Assembly (NCBI RefSeq): GCF_006345805.1 | Contig: NC_043011.1 | Coordinates: forward strand, 26,672,464-26,736,463 | Origin: Octopus sinensis | Lineage: Eukaryota | Direction: 5' to 3' | Length of the DNA stretch: 64,000 bases | Part shown: positions 48,596 through 60,573 of the stretch, piece by piece | Layout: each line of letters opens with the position of its first letter | Numbering within the stretch: position 1 is the first letter of the stretch | Position numbers and translations under genes: made by a program | The notes under the pieces: generated by a model | What the model was told of the DNA's origin: nothing | The model's input: only the letters and a program-made list of their open reading frames with translations | Databases searched by the model: none

Positions 48596-49126
48596 TTCTA
48601 ATATAAGCACAAAGCTAGAAATTTGATTAAATTGACCCTAGTGCTTTATTTTATTGATCCCAGAAGAGTGCAAAGCAAATTGGATTTTTAACTCAGAATG
48701 TAAAGAACTGGAATAAATGCTACAAGGCATTTGTCTGGCTCTCTAAAAATTTTACACATTGACCTCTTTGACCTCGACAAAATTTGCACTTGGAACAATA
48801 ATATGAGCTCAAGAAGATAGCTTCTACATGGTCTCCCAAGCTACTAGAAATAGTAGCCAAATATCCCTCAAATTATGCAGCTAGCATCTTAAAAAGGAGA
48901 TGTGCATCCAGAATAATGTAGTCTTGAATGTATTATACCTGGAATAAAGATGAGATAATCACAGTTTGAATACCTTTGATTATGGATCTGCTCAATTGGG
49001 GTTAACATGGAGCTAATCAGGAACAGTAATAATAATAAAGCATTGTTTCAGAGATTAGAAAGGACAGTAGCCAAAGCAGCAGTTTTGTATTACCACTCAG
49101 CCCCACATTTTTTGACATACAAATAT

Positions 49127-49127
49127 C

Positions 49128-49164
<37 letters not shown>

Positions 49165-49200
49165 GCAGTAGTAGTAGTAGTAGTAGCAGCAGCAGAGCTG
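49127..49200. repeat. Compound microsatellite (CAA)n-(GTA)n-(GCA)n
   Basis: Read directly. Many other (AT)n, (CA)n, (GA)n, (TAA)n, (CAT)n and (ATCT)n tracts occur, e.g. 1-30, 2080-2145, 27680-27830, 37290-37400, 47080-47125, 59705-59757, 60538-60570. Confidence 0.95.
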
Positions 49201-49543
49201 CTGTGACAGTTTATTACAACATAATCTGGCTCCACTTTGACTGATGAGGTTAGGCCAAAATAGAGTTTTGTTTGTTTTTCATTCGTTGATTTAACTTTGA
49301 ACAATGTACATAAATAAAACTGTCTAGTAATTTGATGGATACATTCCCTGTGTATATGTGGCTATGCATGTGTGTGTGTGTGTGTGTGTGTTTTATTTTC
49401 AATAAGAATGTTAAACAAATATTAATATTATTTAAAAATTTGTCTATTTTTATCTTAAAGATTATTTTATGTATATCGTTTTAACTATATATATAATTTT
49501 ATATTTAAAAAAAAACATAGGCTATTTCTGCAACTCATTCAAG

Positions 49544-49644
49544 ATGCCTGGAGTTAAACCAAGTAAAGATCTTTACCTTGCTAAAAACATTGGTGACCTG
49601 AACAAGTTGACTGAACTTCAACCACTACAATCTAGTGCAGCATT
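49544..49644 (+). CDS. USP8: USP8 first coding exon (exon starts 49521)
   Basis: Acceptor catag at 49520, ATG 49544, donor ATT|GTAAGT. Confidence 0.92.
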
Positions 49645-49881
49645 GTAAGTAATATCTTATTTTCATGATGGCCTTCCTCTATTAATTATTTATTCTCATT
49701 CACTGTGGACTATATACAGGTGTAGGAGTGGCTGTGTGGTAAGTAGCTTGTTTACCAGCCACATGGTTTCGGGTTCAGTCCCACTGCGTGGCACCTTGGG
49801 CAAGTGTCTTCTACTATAGCCTCGGGCCGACCAAAGCCTTGTGAGTGGATTTGGTAGACGGAAACTGAAAGAAGCCCGTCG

Positions 49882-49926
<45 letters not shown>

Positions 49927-52900
49927 TTGTCCCCCTAGCATTGCTTGACAACCGATGCTGGTGTGTTTATGTCCCCGTTACTTAGCGGTTCAGCAAAAGA
50001 GACCGCTAGAATAAGTACTGGGCTTACAAAAGAATAAGTCCCGGGGTCGAGTTGCTTGATTAAAGGCGGTGCTCCAGCATGGCCGCAGTCAAATGACTGA
50101 AACAAGTAAAGAAGAAAAAAAAAAAGAGAAAGAGAACAATATACCTGCTTTCAGTTATTTTTTATGTAACAACAAAATGACTGAGTGGATATGATATTGT
50201 ATGACTCTTTGCTCATAAATCTTTGGTTTAGTACCACTGAAAGTATATCATTATGTATCTAGGCAGTAATTAAATTATTCAACATGACACGTTTCATCTG
50301 ATCATGAAAGATAAGAACCATATCACCGAGGAGTGCTACCTGCAATGAAATAACTTTTTGTCTTATCTGTTTAATGTAAACAAACTGGAGATATTCATTG
50401 GCTCTCAACAATTGTCTGTCACAACTATTTCTTTCTGAATCTTCCTGACTAACCTTTTAATTTTTCCACTGACACTCTGTCATTTATGACAATAAGGGTT
50501 CCAGTTGATCTGATCAATGGAACAGCCTCCTACTGCTGCTGCTGCTGCTTGATTCCTCAGGGAACATAGGGCCACGGGTAACTTGCTTACCAGCCACATG
50601 GTTTCGGGTTCAGTCCCACTGCGTGGCACCTTGGGCAAGTGTCCTCTACTATAGCCTTGGGCCAACCAAAGTGAGTGGATTTGGTAGACGGAAACTGAAA
50701 GAAGCCCGTCATATATATGTATATATATCTCTGTGTGTGTGTGTATGTTTGTGTGTCTGTGCTTGTCCCCCCAACATCGCTTGACAACCAATGCTGGTGT
50801 GTTTACATCCTCGTAACTTAGTGGTTCAGCAAAATAGACCGATAGAATAAGTACTAGGCTTACAAAGAATAAGTCTTGGGGTGGATTTGCTCAACTAAAG
50901 GCGGTGCTCCAGCATGGCCTCAGTCAAATGTTTCAGTTAGGGCCTTTCTTTGGAAAGGGTCCTGCCAAAGGTTTTTGAAATACACACTTATTCTGATTTG
51001 TGTAGTCGAAAAATTACTGTTTAATATACCAATTGTTTGGTATAGTATGCACAAGTATTTGAGATGACTGACATAAAACTGAAGAGACATAAAAAGTGAC
51101 CGAATAATCTGTTCAGATTGAAAGTGGAGGAGACATACTAGGTGAAACACTTTTTTAAGATGATTTGAGAGTAAATACTTGGGGCCTGCAGCTGTTGGAT
51201 TTCTTTGGTAAGATTGACACAGAATCAATACAGTATAAAGAGAGAGGGATGATATATTGCGAAGCTATTCAGCTGATATCTTCAAAAATTGGGAAAAACA
51301 ATAACAATGTATTCTTTTCTACTCTAGATGCAAGGCCTGAAATTTTTGGGGAGGGAGCCAGTTGATTAGATCAACCCCAGTATGCAACTGGTACTTAATT
51401 TATCGACTCTGAAAGGATGAAAGGCAAAGTCGACTTCGGCGGAATGTGAACTCAGAACGTAAAGACATAAAATATCACTAAGCATTTCGGCCAGAGTGCT
51501 AACGTTTCTACCAGCTTGCTGCTATAAAGAATCTTTTTTAGTCTAGGCACAAAGCCCGAAATTTTTGAGGAGGGAGCCAGTCGATTAGATTGACCTCTGT
51601 GTGCAACTGGTACTTTATTTATTGACCCTGAAAGAATGAAAGTTAAAGTCGACCTTGGTGGGATTTGAACTCAGAACGTAAATACAGACAAAATACTGCT
51701 AAGCATTTCGTCCCGGCATCTAACGTTTCTGCCAGCTCTCCACATTACACTAGAAATGTATTGATGTAAGCATGGCTGTGTGTTAAGAAGTTTGCTTCCC
51801 AACCACATGGTTTCAGGTTCAATCCAACAGCACCTTGGGCAAGTGTTTCCTACTTAAGGACTGGGCCAACCAAAGCCTTGTGAGTATATTTGGTAGACAG
51901 AAACTGAAAGAAGCCTGTCGTATATACGTGTGTGTGTGTATGATAGTTGTGATTGAGTGTCACTGTCGTACAAGTAATGTCATTCATTTCCAATATTCTG
52001 GAAGAATATATCTTGTCAAGCATTACTTTGCTTGGTGACAGGAAGGGTATTCAGCCTATTAAAAAAAATATGCCTCAGTAAACTCTGTCCAATTTATGCA
52101 AGTATTGAAAAACGGTGGCGGCAACAGTAATAGCTTGTTCTTGGGCAACTAAATATACCAGGGTCGAGACTTTGTGATAGAAGCTTCTGAGGTTGATGTT
52201 CATCTACTTAAGGGTTTTTTTGTTATGGTGGGCACTGAGATAGTAGTAATTTTCACTGAATCAAATGTAGGATTTAGTTTCAGTTCATCCTCCAGACTTG
52301 ATTATTATTACCTCTGCCTTAGCGAAGGCGGAGGTATTGTTTTCAGGCACATTTGATTGTTTGTTTGTTTGCTCGTAGATGAAACTTTCAGGGATGTTTG
52401 GCCATGTGACAGGCACGAACAGATTAGATTTTGGGATCGATCCAGTATTGGACAAGGATTCTGGATTATTTTTCCTGCTTTTTTTACTAATTTTTGAGAG
52501 TGGTCGGATTCATTTTTAGTATTCTCGTTTGTGAGAGCAGTCAAGTTTATTTTAGATATTCTCATTTTAAAAATCGTCTCTGGCTAATCGTTGAGTGGAC
52601 GTTGGTGTTGTCTTTGTGGAGGTTTGCACTCTCTGAGTGCTCGTGTTACATCTGCAATGCTTATTTCATTGAAATAGATGGTAATATCACAATGTTGTTC
52701 TCTAAAATAATAACAGTTTTCAAGCGTGTGTAAGAAATTATATTTTTTTCTTATTTACTACTTTTCAGAGCTGTAAAATCAGCAGGAAGACTTTTGAAGG
52801 AAGCTGAACTATGTGAAAACACCGGTGATGAAGAGAAAGCTTATGTGATGTATATGCGTTTCTTTAACTTGATAACATCAATTAAGAGAACAGCAGAATA

Positions 52901-55900
52901 TAAAAAAGATGAGGTAAGTATCTTTTCCTGGATTGATTTTTATCATAGCACTGGGTTATGATTGTTGTAATGAAGATCAAAAGGGCATAGCCATGGCTGT
53001 ATGGTTAAGAAGCACATGGCGCCAGGTTAACCCTTTCGTTACCGTATTTATTTTGAGATGCTCTGTTTTTCTTTGAATTACTTTAAATATAACAAAGAAT
53101 TTAGTAAAATAGCTTAGTTATCATTAAGCTAGTGTAAGGAACATAAATTGTCACTAAGTTTTGGTGGAAGATTTTAATTCAAAACTTATAAAAACAAGAC
53201 ATTTGTACTCAGAGCCAGGGCCAGTTTCAGCCGGGTTGGTAACAAAGGGGTTAAATCCCATTACATCTCACCTTGAGCAAGTGTTTTCTGCAATCAGCTT
53301 CAGTTGCCCAATACTTTGAGTAGAATTTGGCAGAGGGAAAACTGTGCAGAAGTATGTGTGCTTGTGTGTGTGAATGTGTATACCTGCATATTTTTAAGTG
53401 ATGTATATTAGCAAAAGGTATACACATTGGTGGAAAAACAAACTATAAGTGAAGTCTTTTGTGATATTTTTTTCATCTAAGTTGCACACACTATCCTTGT
53501 CATCTTGCTGTTGTAAATATTGTAAATGCAGTGAACTATGACTGGCCCATTAGAAACCTGTAACTAATTTTGCTATTTGTTGTTTACAAAATGCAATATA
53601 AATAAAACCCAAAATCCATGTGTTCAGGGGTTATCCCTTACAACTTAGAACATTTTTTTTATCAATTTCCATCATGAGATTATGTTCTGTGAATTATGAA
53701 TATTAGCAATTGAAATGTTGGTAGTTTTTCAAATACCAAATTTCTTTCTCACAAATATTTTCAATTGTGATTTTTTATCCTATGATTGTTTCAGTCATTG
53801 GACTGCAGCCATGCTGGGGCATTATCTTGAAATGTTTTAATCAAATGAATTGACCCCAATTTTTTTTTAAGCTTGGTGCTTATTCTAAAGGCTTTTAGGC
53901 CAGGCTGTTAAGTTATGAGGACCTAAACAAACTAACACTGGTTGTCAAGCAATGGTGGGAAACATACACATTCACACACACACATGACAGGCTTCTTTCA
54001 GTTTCTTATTTCTTTATTGCCCACAAGGGGCTAAACATAGAGGGGACAAACAAGGACAAAGGGATTAAGTCGATTACATCAACCCCAGTGCGTAACTGGT
54101 ACTTAATTTATCAACCCCAAAAGGATGAAAAGCAAAGTCGACCTCAGCGGAATTTGAACTCAGAACGTAATGGTAGACGAAATACTACTAAGCATTTCGC
54201 CCGGCGTACTAACACTTCTGCCAGCTCGCCACCTTCTTTCAGTTTCTGTCTACCAAATCCACTCACAAGGCTTGGGCTGGCCTGTGGCTATAGTAGAAGA
54301 CACTTGTCCAAATTTTCATGCCATAGGACTGAACCTAGAATCATATGATTGGGAAGCAAATTTCTTTCCACACAATCACACCTGCACCTAAAAAATACTT
54401 GAGTCTGCTTATGTTAATAGACCCCACAGCTTCCGTTGAATCAACAGATATGCTATCGTTACGCTATTGCACGTGATGTGTAAATAGTATCTGTTTTGAG
54501 CTGGGTTGAGTCAATGAAGCTGAATAATACTGTTTGCATATGATTACACAACACACAGGTTACAGAAGGATTTCAACTCTTGGCTTTATGATCTCCAGGA
54601 TTATATCTTAACTCCATACAGCTCAGCTATTGCTTTTATATAGTCAAGTGGAGGAGTGTTATACAATAAAGTAAATTGCTAATTAAACTGTTAACACTGA
54701 ATATATGAGCAAAAAAGATATTTTATCAATTTATATTTCGTTGTTTAAACCAAACTGACTTGTTTTATATTTGGATTAATAACATTAGAATTTATCTTCT
54801 TGGTTGTAAAATATGGTTTTCTTCTTTTTTTTTTCATTATATCAGCCATATTACAATAACATGATTGGATCTAAGAACTTGAAAAAAGCTATAAAACAAG
54901 CAGAATGCTTACAGAAAAGTTTGAATTATAGGTGAGTATTGTTATTGTTGTTGTTTTGCTACTGACATCATTTAAATGTGCCAAAAACTGCTGATACCAT
55001 TTAGATGTGCTCTGAGAATTCTCAATATTTTTTAAGTGTAACTGAAGGAATTAATATTCGTTTTTAGATATTATTTCAAACAAGGACTTTTATTAAACAT
55101 TTCAGAACATTTGCCTTGTTCTGGGGTTAGACAACAAGGTTGGTTTATATAAGATATTCGTATTTTTATTTATGATGAATCTGTAAATTAAAACTGACTT
55201 ATTATTTGAGATCTACTCCAAAGAAAAATTACATGATACAATAATTTTATAAAATGCATGAGTATGATCCAAAGTGTTGATTAAGCAGGATGAGACCAAA
55301 CTACAAAGAACTCCAAAATGATAGAGTAGTAGCAAAACTTTTCTGGAATATCTTCACCATTGATGTCAGCTACCTAAAACACATGGGTCATTACTCAGCA
55401 ACTCTATCAAAGGTGATATTCAGGAGGGTTCTGTGTGGTTTCAGATTCAGTCCCACTGTATGGTACCTTGGGCATGTGTCTTCTAAAACTGCTCCAGCTG
55501 ACTAAGGCCATGTGAGTAGATTTGGCAAATGGAAGCTGAAAGAAACTTGTTATATGTGTGTATGTATATATATATATATGTATGTATGTATATAAATATT
55601 ATTATCTTTATTGAGTGAAAGAGCAGTGCGTGCCATCAAAGTGACACTGGGGTAAACTATATGAAGTTCAGTATACCTATCATGACTACCCTTCTGATAA
55701 GGGTACAATAGGCACATGCATCACAACCATATGTGTGTGACATGGTGATCTCATATCAAGATAAACAATACATGACTTTGCAGGGGGCGTCCAGTTAGAA
55801 TTTTCTTCAGGTTGAGTAGTCCTTCCAACTCAAAAGGTTCCTGAATAAAGGTTGTTTAAGGATGTTGAATGAAACAGCCATGTTTCCAAAGGTGAACTAT

Positions 55901-58900
55901 TCAAACCTCTAAGGATTCCTCTCAAAACATGGCTATGGTGTTCCCCCACTACTTCTGCTTGTGATCAGAAATGCACAAATTGTCAACCACCAAGAAACAT
56001 GCTCAACTGGTTAATGTCAAACAACTGACAAGTAAATCTGTAGTATTGAGCAGAATATTTGCTGTAACCCATCTTTTTTATACCAAGACAATACATGTAC
56101 GTGATAACTCTTCCAATCAGTTAAGATTAGAAGCCTTGAGAGCCAGTTGTATCTTGTCCTCTGATATTGTCCCCCATGTCTTGGGCCCTTTTGGCCAATA
56201 AAAGAAATCATTATTATTATGGTGGTGATGAGTTGGCAGAATGATTAAAGCATCAAAGAAAATATCTTTCAGAGTCAACAAAATAAAGAACCAGTCAAGT
56301 ACTGGGTTGATCTAACTGACTAACCCCCACCCCTCAAAAATTCCTGGCCATATACCTATATCAGAAACCATTTGCTGGTGATACGTGAAAGGCACCTGTG
56401 TCAGTGACACATTAAGGGGACCCATGCTGGCGAGACTTGCCCAGTGTTACTACACAGTGGGATTAAATCCAGACCATGTTGTTAGGAAGCAAACTCCTTA
56501 CCATGCAGCCATGCCAGTGTCAGCATGATATGATTGATAATCTTTTGTTTTCTTTTCTGTGAGATCCATATAATTATGTTTCAGTAAGCTGATTTCATTT
56601 TCCTGTTGGAGCCATTTCATTTCACATTTGTCAATAATATCCTTTGTTTGAAGTCAGTATTGAATAATCATTTGATGTTGGATACCTCTGAGTATGTATG
56701 AATAGGCTAGCAATTCTATTTATCTTGCTGGTGTAGATTTATAAGTAATCTAGTTTTCTTTTGTAATAATGCCAAGAAAGTACACTGTTGAATTGGATGC
56801 CTTGCTGTGTTTCAATTCTTCTTAGTGCTTAGGTATCACACCCACTAAATTTGATGAATTATGTACCGGTAGTGTATAGTATTAAATTCTAACAATTATA
56901 TCCTTACCAGAGTCGACCCATATCTTGTCAAATTGAATTGCTTTAAGCTTAATGAAATCAGGTCAAAGTTGAACATATCTATAATGTAAGATAACTCTTA
57001 GAAATCAGCAACTTATATACAAATCTGTGATAAAAGATCCTATTTCATTTAAGTTCAACCAATGTTTGCTTCAGTACTCCACTTTTCAGATTTGTTCATG
57101 CTGTGCATTGAACAAATTACGAGAAAAAACATTTCCTAGAAATTGCAGCAGATCAACAAGAATCTTTTTTCCACATATTTTTCTTATTGAAGGAAAAAAC
57201 TGCAAGCTGGCAGAATCATTAGCATACTGGACAAAATGTTCAGCAGCTATTCATACTCTGAGTGTAAACTCCACCAAAGTTGACTTTACCTTTTATCCTT
57301 TCAGATTCAATAAAATGAATACCAGTCAATTGTTGGTGTTGATATAATTAACTTGTCTCTCCCCTGAAAGGTGCTGGCCTTGTGCCAAAATTAGATACGT
57401 TTATTATTGAATGAAAGGGTTGCAACCTGGCAGAATCATTAGCACTTTGGACAAAATACTTTGCAGCATTTCTCCTAGTTCTTCATGTTCTGAGTTCAAA
57501 TTCTGCTGAAGTTGACTTTGCCTTTTATCCTTTCAGGGTTGAGAAAATAAGTAACCAGTCAATTTCTGGTGTCGATGTAATCTACTTGTTTGCTCCCCTC
57601 AAAATTACTGGCTTTGTACCAAAATTAGAAAGAATAATTGTTGAATGTAATGTAATGCTACATTGCTGAATAATAAATAAAGTTTAAAAAAGAATTTACA
57701 TTCAGTAACATGAAATATTTCAAAAGTAGATTTTCACTGTTTAAGTATAACTAATCTTATGATTTTTGTATTTCACAGGTATGACTTCTTGAAGGCCCAG
57801 GCATATTCTGAGAAGTTAGATACTTTGAAGAAAGAACGAGAAGATGAACAACTGAAAGAAAAATTAGATCCTGGAAAATGTAATGATGATGTTGAAGAAA
57901 CGAAAAACCTGCCAGATAAAAGTGGTAAATAGCAATCAATTTTAATTGCTGCACTAAACAGTGAAACAATAGGTGACCTCTTCAGCAACTCTCCACCTCA
58001 CGTGTCTTATATTGTTCTGTTTAATCCATTCTGTCTTTCTGTGGTGTGTATCCATAGAAAGACAGAATGGACTATATAGAACAGGAAGAGACATGTGGGG
58101 TGGAGAGTCACTGAAGAGGTCACAGGACATGTGAGAAAAGATTTTGAAGGACACTAAAATAATAATAATAATAATAAAGCTGAAGTGAAGAACAACTGTA
58201 TAGTGAATGTGGTTAATTGGCAAAAATATGATCATCCCATATATAATAATCATGATACAAATCCTTAAAATGGCTGAATTGGACATAATCTTCCAGAAAA
58301 GAAAATTGAATGATTATTAGTAAACTACTAATCAGATGATAAAAGAGAACATAGTAAACTCAGTTGGCATGTGAGGGCCAGGATTTATTACTATGGCTTA
58401 GCAACTTACTAGAAAGTTTAGGCCTATAGAAGAAGTAAATGATTTTTTTTTATGTGTTTGTTTATCTAGACTGTTCAATGTTATGATAATGCTGATGATG
58501 GTGTATATATATATATATATATATTTGGTTTGCAAGATTCTTTATGAGTTCGTGTGTTGAAGCATATTTTGTTGTGTCTGGGGAGAGTCATTCTCTTTTA
58601 GTGCCTTATTATTTAACACACTCACTGGTAAAGTTTCCACTCATTTACTTATTCATTTTTCTTAAAATTTTCGTTGCAACCTTTGCAATAGTCGACTACT
58701 GAAAAGGTTGCAAGACACAACAAAAATTTTAGGGAAAATAAATATGTAAATGAGTGGAAACTTTACCAGTGAGTGTGTTAAATAATAAGGCACTAAAAGA
58801 GAATGACTCTCCCCAGACACAACAATATATATATATTGATGTAATTTGTATGTCACTAGCCTTCTTCAGCTGCAGGTGGCACGTAAAAAGCACCCACTAC

Positions 58901-59398
58901 ACTCACGGAGTGGTTGGCGTTAGGAAGGGCATCCAGCTGTAGAAACGTTGCCAGATAAGACCGGAGCCTGGTGCAGCCTTCTGGCTTCCAGATCCCCGGT
59001 CGAACCGTCCAACCCATGCTAGCATGGAGAACGGACGTTAAACGATGATGATGATATATATAAAAATTCAGGGTGAATACTTGATAATTGTAAGCACCTG
59101 TATATGCCATTTAGTGGTGTAGGTGATAGAGTATATTTATCAAAATAAAAACATGATGCAAAGGATTTAGTGGTACATATGTTTCTGGCTTTTATTAGAC
59201 GGTTTATATCAATGCATAATTGATGTAATTTGTATGTCACTAGCCTTCTTCAGCTGCGTACAATTACTACTCCAAGGACATGTATTACATTAGTTTGGGA
59301 AAAAGATGAATTACGTTGGGGATGCAAATCCTCATAGTCGTGTACAACAGAGCGAGGCACCAAAACAAAATCAAAGCGTCCATCCCATTTTTCACTCG

Positions 59399-59440
<42 letters not shown>

Positions 59441-59699
59441 ATATACTATTAAATTTTCATTCAATTTCCATTTCAGAAGTGACTCCTCGTTATTCTGATG
59501 AACGGATTTTTGTTATGGAGCTGTTTGCCTTACTGCAGGATAATTCAACCAAAATTATTATTATGGATGTACGTTCTGCAGAAGATTATAAAAAATCTAG
59601 GCTAAAATATAATGAATCTATTAATGTTCCTTCAGAAATTATACCTTTAGGGTAAGGATTTTGTATATGCATAAATATCTATCTATTTATCTATCTATC

Positions 59700-59760
<61 letters not shown>

Positions 59761-60534
59761 TTATTATCTTGTTTCTGTGTATAAATTGGATAACTTGTTT
59801 GATATAATCATATAAGTTATTTGATATACCTAAATATTTTGTCTTATATCTTACTTTTACCCTTTATTTCATACAAGATATTTTAATGATTTAAGGTTCA
59901 GTCATTCATAGGTATGCTGTACCTGATATATTTCCAATCTACCTTCTATAGCCTTAGAAATATATTTTCTGTTAATGGTAAATTCTGTTTTACTTGGCCT
60001 TATCAACTGAATATATAAATAGCCAATGAAGGGAACCTTTATGGTCGTAATGGGTAACCTGCAGCCTACAGGACATTCTGCCTGGCACACTTAATGATAA
60101 ATTATCTTGAATTTTTTGTAGTGTGGTTCTGCCAAATTATGAGGCATGTATCATGTGACCTGCTTCTCAAAAAATGTTGCCCATGCCTGCTGTATGGAAT
60201 CACTTCACAAACGTAAAAGAGCAGTCAAATCTTTCTAGAATCCTATCCTTCTGTTTTAAATTAAGACAGAAACAGTCACTAATGTTATCCTAGATAGAAT
60301 GTGCTTGAGGAAAAGAAGGAACGTTTTTCATAATATATCTGCTCAACCTGAGCTGACTTGGTGTTAAACAATTACTAAATACTTATCCATCCACATATCC
60401 AAAGAATATATGCTTATATTTTACTTGTTACAAGTAGTATAAGCTGTTGGGAAGCCTGCAAACCATGAGACTCTTCTGTCAATGTCAAAAGGCAGAAAAG
60501 GAAATAATGCGCTACACCTATGGTTATGCACAGT

Positions 60535-60573
<39 letters not shown>

